A DNA stretch of 64,000 nt from Phoronis australis. Lineage: Eukaryota > Animalia > Phoronida. Positions 50,301-63,532 of this stretch are shown one piece after another (the stretch's first letter is position 1; each line of letters begins with the position of its first letter). Under the pieces are notes generated by a model, which searched no databases, had not been told where the DNA came from, and saw only the letters and a program-made list of their open reading frames with translations. The position numbers and the translations under genes were made by a program. The stretch is taken from the NCBI GenBank assembly GCA_002633005.1, contig NMRA01000124.1:124001-188000 (forward strand), read 5' to 3'.

Positions 50301-53300
50301 ACTGACATCTTTGACGTAGGCAAGGATGCTGAATGCCATTGAAGAAAATTGATGGTTTCCTAATCACTACAGATGTTGATGAAATCTATCAAACTTGATT
50401 TTAAAGTTGGCGCAAAGGCCGATTAAAACGAGTTGCTTGTTTTCATTAAACGCATTTTCTTTTGGTTGTATTTGAAATACCTTATGTCAATTTTTGGTTT
50501 ACTAGTGGCTGTTCCAAGTTTTGTTGTGCAGTTCATTTGATTAAGTTATTGGAGTTGCGAATGATGAATTATACTTATGTAATTCCGAAGCGGGGAAAGT
50601 CTGGAACCTTTACAACAAGTATATGATAAACTCACTGTTTTGTAAAATGTTTTTGCCAATCTTGCAATACCCTTAAATTTATTTAATTATACTGAACTAA
50701 AAGTCGGACACAGACAAGACTTCTGTGTCATTGCTGTGGTCACATGGCATGTGTGCATTGAACCTTGAAAAGGTTTAAAGTAAAAGCAGTCTTATCTTAG
50801 CAAGGTTATAGAATATGTTGGCACTTCAAAGCTCTTGCAATTGAAACCAACATGTTACTCACGGCAGTTAGGAAAATATTTAGATGCATTGCAAATTTTC
50901 TGTCTTACCGGTAAGTTGCTGAATACATGTTTACATCATTTTTGGTTGTTTTTTGAATTGTTTGGAATTGGAACTAGACAAAATTTTTGGAAGTTTTTAC
51001 AGTTTTTCATTTTTGCAAACATGTCAAGATCAGTATTATTGAGTTGTTTCAACCTTTTCTTAGTTGAATTTTTCTGCTATTATTGTCAGAGACGGAACGC
51101 AAGGACATGGGAGTAATTGATTTCAATATATACATTTCTTTGCCTATTTTAAGCACTCAATTTGGCCTAGAATTGAAATTCTATTTTGCCAAATTTCTCC
51201 ACAAAAATTAAGCAAATGTCTGTCATTAGCTTGGTTTGTACTATGAATCTGGTTTTCTTAATCAGCATTTGGTGGAAGTTTCCATCACAAGTTGCAGCTA
51301 AATCAGTCTTAGAAAAATGGGAAATGACAATTTTAACAATTATTTTTGTTCGAAATAAGTGTAGCATTATAGTAATTCTAATTTCAACCATCTTATTTGG
51401 CAAACTCGGTTGACAGATTTTTTACTCGTCTCATTTGACAACAACAATTGACATAAGTGAAATTGATATTAAATCTATATGTCATAATGTTTAGCTGGCT
51501 AAAAATCAAAATCAAAGTAGGCTTTTTGCTCTCATAAAATTAGTTAAATGAGATAGAATTCTGTTTCCATTACCAACAAGAGCATCGAAACCATAATTGA
51601 CTCCAGGAAAAGCTTGTGGCTGATTGGGACTAACCAAACCTAACATTTGCAAAGATCGGATGAGCATGATAATGTTTTAAACCCCAAACACCTTTGGTTA
51701 AAAATTCAACATTAGCTTAACAGAAGCAAAATAACTTCCCGAATGGCGGTACCATATTTGACCATGCTTGACGCTGTAAGTAAAAACAAAAACCCCAAGC
51801 TAACCATGAAATGCATCGAAAATGGCATTTATATACAGTATTGTCTATAGAGTACTGCCTTTGGGGAGCAGTGACAGCAACGGTTGAAGGAGCTGTCGCA
51901 CAATTATAGTATCAGGTGCACCTTCAGTTTTGAGCAGTCGTTAAAATCCAACGATCTAGATCGGGGATCATTGAGCAATAATTCAAGATCGTATGAGCGT
52001 TGTAATGTTTCTAGCCCCCAAAGCTCGTAACGGGGAGATGCATCTTTAATGTAACGTTTCCTGTAACTTAAAGGTATAATTCAAGACTATTATGTCTTGT
52101 TTTTTTTTGCAGTCTCTAGATGGCTTCACATTTGCATTGTCTGTCGATGGTAGATTCCTCTACATATCAGAAACTGTCTCCATTTATCTTGGTCTGTCTC
52201 AGGTAAGGGAAGTTGTCTCAGATTTAGTATTTATAATTTAAGCTTTTTGTATGTGTGCTCATTTTGTACACCTACACATGAGCATGTGCCAGGCCCCTAT
52301 CCAGCTCCCGTGATGGTTTGCTTCCATTCACGCATCTTGCAGTTTATTTTTGTATTTTGTTTATTTTTTGCCAAAATAAATGACCCAAGCCTCGCCCCTC
52401 TTGTTTCTTTGGAAACCAACTTGGACGTTTTTTTATGAACAAATATTGATCACCAATAAAATTAATTTAAGCTCCTAAATGCTTTTATTATGACTATATT
52501 TGATTGCTTTTCTACACACAGCTGTTATCCTATTTCCTTGTCTATATGGATGTCACATGACACTCTGTCACATGACACTCTGTTTTCACACATCATTCAC
52601 TCCTTTGTCTGTGTCAGTCCAGAATTAACTGTGATTTTGTTTTTCCTCTTTTCTCCAATTTTCCTTCCTTACTTCCACCCATCATTTTAATTATTCTTCT
52701 TATGTCCCATGTAGGTAGTTTGGTTCATTTGTCATTCTATCATTTGTTTTAGTCTGTTGTTACACTTAATATGGTTAACATTTGATTTATTCCATGTTTA
52801 AGTCTAGGTTTAGTCCTATATCTCAAACTGATTGTAAGGCTCTTATGGATTCACTGTCAAATCTTTTTGGCCAGTTCTATTCAACCCTCAGTGCCCATGT
52901 GAGCCTACATTAGTCTATTCAGCAAAGAAAATCATCCTTGGGATTGTCTCAGTTCACTACTTGACACCCCTACTACTTAGGCTAGTCCAGTTTCAAGAAA
53001 ACACAAGCCCTGAAAAGCACTATTTTGATATATTAGTTCTGGAAGTGAGTGAGGAGGCGTGGTGATTGGAAGCAGGAGGGGTGGTGATGGGAAGGAGCTG
53101 GGGTGGTGATGGGAAGGGGTGGTGATGGGAAGGGGTGGTGATGGGAAGAGGGAGGGGTGGTTATCATGGGAGGAGTAAGGGTGGTNNNNNNNNNNNNNNN
53201 NNNNNNNNNNNNNNNNNNNNNNNNNNNNNNNNNNNNNNNNNNNNNNNNNNNNNNNNNNNNNNNNNNNNNNNNNNNNNNNNNNNNNNNNNNNNNNNNNNNN

Positions 53301-56300
53301 NNNNNNNNNNNNNNNNNNNNNNNNNNNNNNNNNNNNNNNNNNNNNNNNNNNNNNNNNNNNNNNNNNNNNNNNNNNNNNNNNNNNNNNNNNNNNNNNNNNN
53401 NNNNNNNNNNNNNNNNNNNNNNNNNNNNNNNNNNNNNNNNNNNNNNNNNNNNNNNNNNNNNNNNNNNNNNNNNNNNNNNNNNNNNNNNNNNNNNNNNNNN
53501 NNNNNNNNNNNNNNNNNNNNNNNNNNNNNNNNNNNNNNNNNNNNNNNNNNNNNNNNNNNNNNNNNNNNNNNNNNNNNNNNNNNNNNNNNNNNNNNNNNNN
53601 NNNNNNNNNNNNNNNNNNNNNNNNNNNNNNNNNNNNNNNNNNNNNNNNNNNNNNNNNNNNNNNNNNNNNNNNNNNNNNNNNNNNNNNNNNNNNNNNNNNN
53701 NNNNNNNNNNNNNNNNNNNNNNNNNNNNNNNNNNNNNNNNNNNNNNNNNNNNNNNNNNNNNNNNNNNNNNNNNNNNNNNNNNNNNNNNNNNNNNNNNNNN
53801 NNNNNNNNNNNNNNNNNNNNNNNNNNNNNGAAGGGGGAGGGGTTGTGATGGGAAGGGGGAGGGGTCGTGATGGGAAGGGGGAGGGGTGGAATTGGTAGTG
53901 ATGTGGAAGGATTATCCCTATCAAAAATTTCCTCTCTGATCTTTAGGCACCTTTCCCCTTTGGTCAGTGAGCCCTGTTCCAGACCTGTGTGTGTGTGTGA
54001 GCATATTGTCATCATTTCCATCCAGCTTCCATCTGGCATTCGCTGCGGTATCTCCTAAATCCTTTGCAGGATTTTCATGAAATTTGACAGATGTGTTCCA
54101 GACCTATCAACCTGACGACAAATGACGACTACTTTCAAGTAGATCCAACCGCAAATCACTTGACTAATTAATTTAAGTCTGAAAAGATCTCTGCTTTAGT
54201 CGGCCACTGAGCCATCGGGCACCACCGATCAAATACAGAAGTCCAGTCAGTGCATTAGTAGTGCGCATCTCCTCTTTAAACTCCTGAGTATATATAAATT
54301 GTGTAATTCTTATATTGATATTCAAGTTCATGAATGCTATAATCGGACAAAATCTGATGAAATTCAGGGACAAAATTGCAAGCAAAACGTACGAGTCATT
54401 GTCTCAGTTAGCATCAACGACTGCCGTTTTTCAATTCTTTTCTGTCATGTATGCTTAAATGAAGCCATTGATAACTGTGTAAAATGTTGAATAAAACAAC
54501 AAAAAGTAGACTCGTTACAAATTACCCACGTCTCTTTTACTTACAAAAACTGACTATCAGACAAATTGTTAAACAGGCAACAAAAACAAGGATTTTAACT
54601 GCAATGGGCAGACATTGTAAAGATGAGCAACGAATTATTGTAAGGTCAACTTTCTTAATGTGAATCCAAAAATATGACTCTTTGATTTTTCCTCAAAATT
54701 CCAACTTGATGTCTAGTAAGTTGTTCTAGGCCATAAAGTTTTCCAAAAGTCTTGGAATTTCCCTTTAAATGCATTTCTTCTACCTCCATTTTCCCTAGGT
54801 AGAGATGGCAGGCTCCAGTATATTCGAATATGTTCACCGCCATGACCACGTGGAGTTGGCCCATCTGCTGGGTATTCCCACCCCGATGGGGGACGGTGTT
54901 TCGGTGCCATCACCAGATTCTGTACCTGAGGAGGACTGTGATAAATCACCATCATCAAATGAAACCACAAGCGACTCCTGTCTGAATGTGCAATCAGTGG
55001 TGTCATCTATTGAGAGAGGTGTGTACTTCTTATATTTGTGATCATGCACTTCATCATTCTCTGTTGTGAAGATGTCATAGTGTATTATGGAGCTCGTTTT
55101 CTAAACTTGATTGTTTTTGTGTAGCATAACTACATATTCATGAATGAATATTTTCATAATTACATTTATTTGGTGTCCCTGAAAATGTGTTTCAATGTTT
55201 TATGCCAACAGAAATAATATTTAACAGTTACAATATAATGTAGCAGGTAGGTATCCAGAGGAAACTGTCCAGGAATCTGCACATAAAAGCTCCCCCTATT
55301 GTTCTCCATTGTCAGATTCATCCTTGGTTAAACCCTGCATCTTTTCCTGGACATACTTTAAATATAATGGGTTGAAAATGGAGATTAAAACGAAAATGAA
55401 ATGTGGTATAAAAGGCACCAATTTACAAATAAAAATGAAAATAAAAATACAAACTCTCGAACATGCACAGCTGTTCGTCATTGAGCACATGAGACATGTC
55501 TGATATCCATGTCTGATATCCATGTCTGATATCCATGTCTGATATCCATGTCTGATATCCATGTCTGATATCCATGTCTGATATCCATGTCTGATATCCA
55601 TGTCTGATATCCATTTCTTTCCTGCATTTTACTCTCTTGTATATTCTCTGTTTACCCGGTTAGTTATCTTAACAAAAAGATGTACAAGCTCGAAGGTTAG
55701 TGTATTTTCTATAAATTTAAAAAATTCATGCTTTTTCGATAATTAGACTCAATTAATGTCTGTAATGCATTTTGAAATTCATTAATTGATAAACTTTAAT
55801 CAACATTTTTTGACATCGAATAGACTGTTAATGAAATACGAAGTAAGGTGGATTTTTGTCCTACCTCTGTTAGCACCATGTTGCTAACCCGTTATTGTAC
55901 AACAGGTGTCCACTTGAGGCTTGTAAGACCTCATGCTGGTTTTTCAATGGCAAAGATATAGAACTTTTGCAAGGTTATTGAAAGTGGATAAGTTTGTCCC
56001 ATTTCTCCTGGTCTATTGGGAAACTCACAAGAGGACTATTGATATCGACAAGCGTGTACTAAAGTAGTGATTTTAAATCATTGTACAGCTGTTGTTTATG
56101 TTGCTATTATTACGTTGGTTTTTACAGAGAAATACTCGGCCACAGAGTCAGTAAGGGGTTATGACAAGTGTTTCTGTATCCGTATGAAGTCAACACTGAC
56201 AAAGCGTGGACTGCATGTGAAGTCTTCGGGCTACAGGGTGCGTCTAAACACGAGTATGACGAGCTGGTTTGGGTTTGCTTGTATGGCTTCACCTTTGAAA

Positions 56301-59300
56301 TGTTCTGTAGGGTGTGTCAAAATGTCATTAGGCAAGTCTTACGCTAATAGGATTCACACGCAAGTGGACGAGAAAGCACTTTTCACCACAGAGTATTCAG
56401 TGAATTCCTCACTGCAGTTAAAGGCACGCACATTAATTTGGGAATCAATTAGGATGGGTCAACGTTTGGCTTAAACTCACTTAGCGGGTTTTTGGGTAAT
56501 AAAGCCTGAAATGTTAATGTAGGAGTTGCTTCATATGAGTGTATGGCAAGCTGCTTTGGGTTTACTAGTATGACTTTTCCATTAAAATGTAGTCTAAGGT
56601 GGGTGAAACATGAGTTTATGACAAGCTGGTTTGGATTAACCTTTATGGCTTGACCATTAAAATGTAGGCCTACTGTAGGGTGGGTCAAAACAAAAGCTGG
56701 TTTGAGTCTCCATTGACATGTACAAAGGGTGGGTCAAAACGTGCGTATGACAAGCTGATTGGAGTTTACTTGTATGGCCTCTCTTTTGAAATGTGTTGTG
56801 GGGTGGGTCAAAACATAAGTGCATTATATACTGGTGTGGGTTTACCTTAGTTTGTGGATTCTCAATTGAAGTGTACAATGGGTAGGTCAAACCATGTACA
56901 TGACAAGCTTGTTTGAATTTGCTTGCATATCCTCACCACTTACCTAGTGATCTCAATCAATAGACAAACGGCTATATATACATGTAGTCGAGTAAGAATA
57001 AGAACTCATACAGTAGGGTAAGTAAGTAAATAAGGTACCTAATAGAAGGCAACGGATTATAATTTTTTTATAGAACACAAAACGTACTGATGAGATATAA
57101 ACTAGTTAAAACAGTTACGAATATTGAGGTAAAATAAAAAAATTTACGAGACGAAATCATATTCTTATGATGTAATAGGCACTTTTTGTAAAATAGTGAA
57201 AGAAAGCACACTGAGAATTTACATTGACCCATAAGTCGTGGCAACACGCAACAGAAATGAATTGTATGCGTTTTTACAATGTACTAAATTTTGAAGTAGA
57301 ATCATGGCATTTCTTGTCCACTGGTCCAACAATTCTAAAAGCCTTTATGCTCGGAATATGTCCCGAAAATAATAGGTGCGTCGCAAGCTCCGTTTCCAGA
57401 GATACAAAGGAGACCGTGTATAGGCGATATAAGGTCATTTATTATGACTGATAAGGTACAGAAATATGAGTGTACAAATAACATAAAGATAAAATAATAA
57501 TCTCTGGAAAGATGGGCAATAAAAAGCGCCACGAGAGATATGTGGCTAGTTTAATTTTAAATTTTTAGGTATGTTTAGGAGATTTTTTTAAAATATTTTT
57601 AAAACTGTTAATTGAATTACTTTCTTATCTGAATAGCCTCTTTTATCAGATTCCAATGCTGTGCCTAATTATAAATCAACATTGTCGTTTTCATAAAACC
57701 ATTAAACGAGATGGTGCAGACTGTGATAAAGTTCCAAACACTGAATATTGTTGGCATGAGTATTTCATGATCTGCACCTGTATCCCCCCAGACTGATCAT
57801 AGAGAATGTTGCCTTTGTAATTGGCCATACACTAAAATCTGATTGATTTGTGGCCATGTGTTTGGATGGCTTGAGAAAAAGGTGTCTTTTTATTGAAAAT
57901 ATTACTATGTTATGTGTTGCACTGTTTCTGCTGTTAAAAAACTTGTAAGCAATCTACAATATACTCAAACACCTGTCATTAGTGTACTTCTGCACGCCAA
58001 AAGAAATCTGACAATATATAGCTCAGAATTTACTGGCATCGCAGTTTGGAGCAAGTGAAATTCACGTTCATAAATGAAGGGGAAATTTAAAGGAGCATTG
58101 TCCAGATGGATACACTATTTAATAGTCACTTCCCAGAATAAAAGAACGCTCTCTGTGATTCTGCAGTATTTACCCACAATGTAGCGGCACGTTAGTAGGG
58201 CACTTGCACTAAGAGTTGTACATGGTTACCATTCTAATCATTTTAAATGACAGAATTTGCCATTCATCTTTCTAATGCAAATGAATTTTTTGTTATTGCA
58301 TAGTAATTTGTACTACTGAGTGGCGGGCGATAAAGCATTTATCACTCATCCAGCTTGACTCAAATGTTTGCTGTGACCCTGAAGTCTATTATGATACAAT
58401 GTATTTTTCTATTTCTGCAAAAGAGGGACTCAGTGATGTGTGAATTTGGATTGATCCACTGTCATTTCAGCTGTGAGCAGAATTAGTCATGATGGAGATA
58501 CAGTATTTTGTCTGTTTGCTGTCAGTGTGACACTCTTTTGTTTTTACTGTTTTGCTCTGAAATTTATAAACATTTTCCTCCCTTTCTAGGTGGTGCACAT
58601 CCAGGCCCACTTTAGACCTCAGTTCAGCTTCAACCTGCAGAGGAAAGCCTCACCCCCTCTTGTGGGCGTGGTGGGCCTGGGGCTAGCCCTTCCCTCCACC
58701 TCAGTTCATGAGCTTCGACTCGACCCCGATGCCGTAGTGCTCAAGATGCAGTCCAGCTTCCGCATCCTTTATTGTGACACCAGGTGGCGTACGCATGTCA
58801 AAGTGTTTGAAGCAGATGGTTTAGTATGCATATATTAAGCAGCTGGGCTTTGACTTCCCCTTGCCATGGTGCCTGAGGATCAGATCCTCTTCTTATTAAT
58901 ACTGAAAGTAGTTCTCTGTAAGCCTGTTTGTGCTCATCAAGATCAACATTAGTTATGAGTAGTAAGAGCTCACTGAATAGAGCATGTAAATGTAAAGTAG
59001 ATGGCTTAATTGAACTGAGATAATGATCCCCACAGCTTTTCTGAGGGTCTGTCCCTAATGACACCCATCAACTTTGTTGGAGTGCCAGTGCACACAGTAG
59101 TTAATACACAGTTGCAGTAACAGAGGTTCATGTGAGTGTGCTACATAAGGCTGATGTCCTGCCTGATTTTTGTCAGTGTTTACATGCAGTTAGGTCAGTC
59201 CAGCCGTGCGCTAGCAGCTGTACCCAGAGGGCAATTATGAACGAGGTGTTTGCAATCGCGATACATTTAGGTGGTGTTCGCTTATTTGGACTGTTGTACT

Positions 59301-61716
59301 GTAATTTTAATGATTTCAGTACTGTGTTTGATTTCTCAAACTAAAGATAATGCCATTAAGACTTCAGTCTTTGACGTTCATTCTTTGTCCTCAAGATATT
59401 TTGTACTAGAACAAGCCTTTTGTCTGATTACATGCGAATCATTGTCATGTTTGCCATTACCAAGATAAGGTGTAAAGGGAATGATAGAATGATATTTAAG
59501 AGCTTATTTAGACAGAATAACACCACTTCTGCACATTATGGCAAGATGGCTACTTATGGACATTGTCTAACAGAGGGTGTGATATGGCTGTAATTCTAAT
59601 TCCATTGTGTTTTACTTTTCTAGTGCAAGAATGGAAGCTGTGCTTGACTGGAGTTCCCACGATCTCGCCTCAACCAGCTTGTATGATCACTGCTTTGCAG
59701 AAGATTTGTTGCTACTGAGAAAGGCCCACGTTGATTGTATGTTTTGGTTGTATTGAGTCCTGTCTGGTCAATAATGTAGAAATTGTTGGATGTTTCAGTT
59801 AACTTTTTAGACATCTGGGAACGTATTTGGAAAAAATAACAAAATAGATTATTGCTCATCTTGTCCGACAAAATTCTGAGAGATTTGATGAAGCAGAAAC
59901 TGCTGACCGTTTGCTGTTACGATCATTATAGCTGCATGCATCTTGCCTCTGTTTGGCTGTCGAAATGTGGAAATCTGATCCGAAGCGTTTTGGAGTTAAA
60001 AAAACATACACATTCATCAGATGCTGAATTGTTGCCATTTTCAAATTTTGCAATTTTAATGTTGGGCAACCCCAATGAAGTCAGAAGCATATTTCTTGAG
60101 TCACTGATGGTTTCGATGTTCATGTTTATAACACTTGGACAGAATTCTGTCTCAGTAAGGAATATTATGTGACTGATTTTTGCACCCTCATATTTATGTG
60201 TGAGTGCATATTGTCATCATCTCTGTGTAGGCATCCGGGTCTGTATCTCCTAAACTCCTTTCAGGATCTTATGGAAATTTGGCAGGTATTGTTCCTACGC
60301 GGCTTATGACAGATGACGATGAGATTTGGACCAACCCGCATTCCGCTGTGCCCCTTTTAAGTGGCAATTTTAGTTTTTTACACTGTCTTGCATCCGTATC
60401 TTTGGAGTTCGTTGGCGGATTTTCATAAAATTCGGCAAATACGGAGGCTATGATGCCATTCCATTTTTGGACAGATTCAACAAGGAGCGTTGTGAAATTT
60501 GAAAGATGTATTCCTATGGAGCCCTCGACAAACAAATGAGTGTTTAACTCATCCAGGTGTGCTCCATAGTGGAAAAAAATTTTCACGTTAATTGTCTTTG
60601 TATCTCCGGATTTCAGTAATATATGTTTTCGTGAAATTCGGCAAATAGGTTTCTGTTAAGAAGACAACAACGCCTTCCCATTTTTGGACAGATTTGATGT
60701 TTTTTGCGCCACTTGGTGACCATTTGAAAATTTTTTCTTTTGTTTTTGACGTCTGCCTCTCTGTCTGCCAAACCTCTCAAAGGACGATTTTGAAAATTTA
60801 CAGTTGTGTTCCTGATGCAAAGACCCTGGCTGACGTTGATTTGCAGATGTTTTTGACTATTCTGGTGTGCCTAAGGGCCAGTTTTTCTTCTTTTCATCTA
60901 CAACTGTATCTCCTAATAAGCCTTTGATGGTTCTTTGTGAAATTTGACAGTTGATGGGCTTCTATGGTGATGGCAACGATGAATTTCTGACCAACTGTAC
61001 CGGCTGTAACCTGTGCCCCCTAGTGTCAATTGTTTTTACGTTTACCTCTATATTATCGTAGGAGTTCCTAATGGCTTATTTTAATGAAATTTTGTAAATA
61101 GTTGGGTACTACAGAGACCACCCCACCATCTCAATTCGGATGTGTTTGACACATTATGTGCCATCTCAGTAATGACCATTTTTATGATACTAAAAACACT
61201 CAAAGAAGCACTCCGCGGTGCTATCATGGGCGCATTTCAAGGCTCCGCATTGCTTTTGTAAGAGGTCTAATTTAGCTTCAGTTTCTATAGCCAGTAAAAT
61301 AGGATGAAATGCATTTTGAAGAATGGTATATCTCAGGCAGTGTAATTATTCCTGTCACTAAGTTTTAAGACGTAATCCCAACATTCCTGTTGGGCTATGG
61401 AAAGTGTTGACTATTTCTTGTGGTCTCCATTTCATCTAATAATAGCAAAAAAATTATAACACTGCAGACCTTCAAATATCTGCTTATGCATATTTCCTGT
61501 CCTCGGGAGACCGATTGGTGCGTGATCTTCTCAATCAATTGTCAACCCCGTGTCCAACATTTCAGTGCTTTCGAAGGGTCAAGTGTTAACAGACTACTTC
61601 CGTCTCCTCTGCGGTCATGGTGGATTTATCTGGGTGCAGATGTGTGGAAATGTCTTGTTCAACAGCAAAAGTCCCGAGACTCTCAACCAGTTCGTGGTCG
61701 TGCTCACCATAATCAG
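44061..61716 (+). CDS. NPAS3: NPAS1/NPAS3/trachealess-family bHLH-PAS transcription factor gene, spliced; 3' exons not found in window
   Basis: Exons 44061-44302, 45062-45135, 52113-52202, 54799-55018, 56128-56237, 58590-58783, 59624-59736, 61566-61716 join in frame via GT-AG; b[42 protein letters not shown]...[15 protein letters not shown] and [10 protein letters not shown] are diagnostic. Confidence 0.95.
45062..45135 (+). CDS. NPAS3: NPAS/trh exon ([24 protein letters not shown])
   Basis: cacag acceptor, gtgatg donor, 74 nt; FExxxGxHILQ motif. Confidence 0.9.
47901..48160. mobile_element. PIF/Harbinger-like MITE with internal aacttaagtca repeats
   Basis: cag|gggaccgttccaagaaactg ... cagttttcttggaaggggcc|ctg inverted ends. 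Confidence 0.65.
52113..52202 (+). CDS. NPAS3: NPAS/trh PAS-A exon ([30 protein letters not shown])
   Basis: Poly-T gcag acceptor, gtaagg donor, 90 nt; not in ORF track. Confidence 0.96.
53050..53905. repeat. G-rich minisatellite (ggggtggtgatgggaa-like) spanning the 53186-53829 N-gap
   Basis: Same unit on both sides of the gap. Confidence 0.8.
54799..55018 (+). CDS. NPAS3: NPAS/trh PAS-A exon ([25 protein letters not shown]...SSIER)
   Basis: ccctag acceptor, gtgtgt donor, 220 nt phase 0-1. Confidence 0.92.
55495..55614. repeat. Perfect 13-bp tandem repeat (catgtctgatatc) x~9
   Basis: Direct observation. Confidence 0.95.
56128..56237 (+). CDS. NPAS3: NPAS/trh exon ([36 protein letters not shown])
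   Basis: ttttacag acceptor, gtgcgt donor, 110 nt. Confidence 0.94.
56250..56930. repeat. Degenerate minisatellite (gggtgggtcaaaacatg...tgacaagctggtttgg-like)
   Basis: Recurrent ggtgggtcaaaac and acaagctggtttg motifs. Confidence 0.6.
58590..58783 (+). CDS. NPAS3: NPAS/trh exon, end of PAS-A and start of PAS-B ([11 protein letters not shown]...[13 protein letters not shown]...ILYCDT)
   Basis: tttctag acceptor, gtggcg donor, 194 nt phase 0-2. Confidence 0.9.
59624..59736 (+). CDS. NPAS3: NPAS/trh PAS-B exon ([37 protein letters not shown])
   Basis: ttttctag acceptor (alternative aag 6 nt downstream), gtatgt donor; SLY..C.AED..LRK.H.D motif; phase 2-1. Confidence 0.88.
60177..61259 (+). mobile_element. 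Degenerate HINE family-A copy; another partial copy at ~61760-62116
   Basis: 5' ttttgcaccc..gtgagtgcat, internal units, 3' tgggcgcatttcaaggctccgcattgcttttgt. Confidence 0.7.
61566..61716 (+). CDS. NPAS3: NPAS/trh PAS-B/PAC exon ([27 protein letters not shown]...IIS)
   Basis: tttcag acceptor, gtacaa donor, 151 nt; KGQVLT.Y.R...GG..W.Q motif. Confidence 0.92.
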
Positions 61717-63532
61717 GTACAAAAGGTTCAAATCGTCACTGCATACACGTGCACACATTTGCAACCCCTATAAACTCTTTAACTTCTTGCTCGATCTTTA
61801 CAAAATTTAGCAAGTATATTCCTATGAACTTGACAGCAGACAGCAACTTCTTTCGACCGGATCCGATAACCACTGTGCCTCCTATTGGAAATTTGATTCT
61901 TCTACCTTTGCCTCTGTTTCTTTGGAGTTCCTTGATTTTCATTAAATTTGACTAACGGTATTTTATTTGACAGATGATGATGATGCCTTTCCATTTTTGG
62001 ATTGGTTTGACTTATTCTGTGCCATCTAGTTACCATTTTTGATACCAATAAAAACCCCTAGAGACAATAAGTATTTGCAATGCAGCCATTGGTGCATTTC
62101 AATGCATTGCTCTTGTATTATATGATGTATTTGTCTAGGTTACAGAACGCTCAGGGTTTTTAAGTTGGAGAAATAAAAAATCTGCCATTAGGTCAAGCAT
62201 GGAAATTTATAAGCAAAATTTTTGATGAGTCTTTGTCATAATGCTGCTTTTGGTTTACCAACGGGAGATGTATAAAAAGCCATTCATGTACAAATTAGAG
62301 ATGAATACTTAAAACCAATAGAATGCAGACTGTCACAATATACTGCTTGTGAGACATATACAATACATTCATCTTAGGAACTGAAGTGAGCGATCACAGA
62401 GATGTTATGCTCTAATAAAATCAGCGTCCCAATTGTATGAATTGAGGACATCTAACTGAGTGACTACGAGTGTTTAAGAAACAGTAAAAATTTGGTGTTG
62501 GGGGCATCAAGGCAAACATAGTCATTAATTCGGACAAGTACAGTTGTTTGTTCTAATTGTAGACATTATTGCTTAGTTTTACTAAATATTCTGAAAGTAT
62601 CTTACAAAGCTCCACATTAAATTAAATAATCAAATTTTATGATATTAAAGATTTTTTATTGTAATCATTGAAGTGTTGATCAATAACATGTAACGTAAAA
62701 CAATCTTGTTATTGCCAGCAATTAATTTTTTGTGTCTTCAGCAGGTCTAAAAATGATGAAAGCCTTCCTGCTGAGAATTGACATACTTTCGTAACACAAA
62801 ACTATTGGCTAGTAAATTTCTTTTGATTAATTGCTTGCTATTTTTGGTTTTTGCATTCCTCTGCTCTGTCCACCTAAGCTGATCTCTCTATCTGGAGTTT
62901 CTTGACTTGTTTTTGTCGCAAGTCTTCATTAAAGGGATACTTAATGCTATGTTTTAGTTATTAGACGTGCAATGCCAAATTAACACTTATACGTTTGAAT
63001 CAAACTAAGTATTCAGCTTCACAATAGTGTAATTGCTATTTTGATTTAGTCATTGAAATCTCCTAAGTAAAGACGTTATAGAAGCATCGCTGTAAACAGC
63101 TGCTCGCCTACTAAAGTTTTCATCGAGAACATTTCATGTAGGCACAAAACTCTTCACTCAATAAATGTGTTTTCCAGAAAATCAACTCCTTCAACAACTC
63201 CCACTGCACTTAATAAGTCCACATATTTTGTTTCATACGTGCAGAATTTTGCTTTTGAATAAAGTTTTAGTCAATGTAACCCTCCGGTTCACATAAACGT
63301 AGTCACGGGTTTCCTGAACAAAATATTGGAATGGGTCCCTATGGTTGCAAAGCAAGGCCCAGCTGTGTGGAGTGTGGGGGGGTCCCCATGTTGTAACGCT
63401 CTTAACTTAATGGAGGATTTGGCTCTCCTCTAACATAAAACATCTACACACACCTTCCAAGATTGACTGCTGCACCTATCACACAACAAAAGTCGAGTCC
63501 ATCCACTCAGCATTCACGAGAATTTTATTGAT

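Noticed and set aside
46708-54039. Long ORFs of X residues
   Set aside because: Artefacts of the N-gaps at 46749-47447 and 53186-53829
54180-54225. Minus-strand tRNA-like A-box (gcccgatggctcagtggcc)
   Set aside because: No convincing B-box or cloverleaf; at most a SINE head remnant
55296-55614. [13 protein letters not shown]-repeat ORFs
   Set aside because: Translation of the 13-bp tandem repeat
62742-62781. Possible terminal NPAS exon (cagcag|...SKNDESLPAEN*)
   Set aside because: No resemblance to the expected post-PAS-B sequence, and it would delete the long C-terminal region; further exons more likely lie beyond the window
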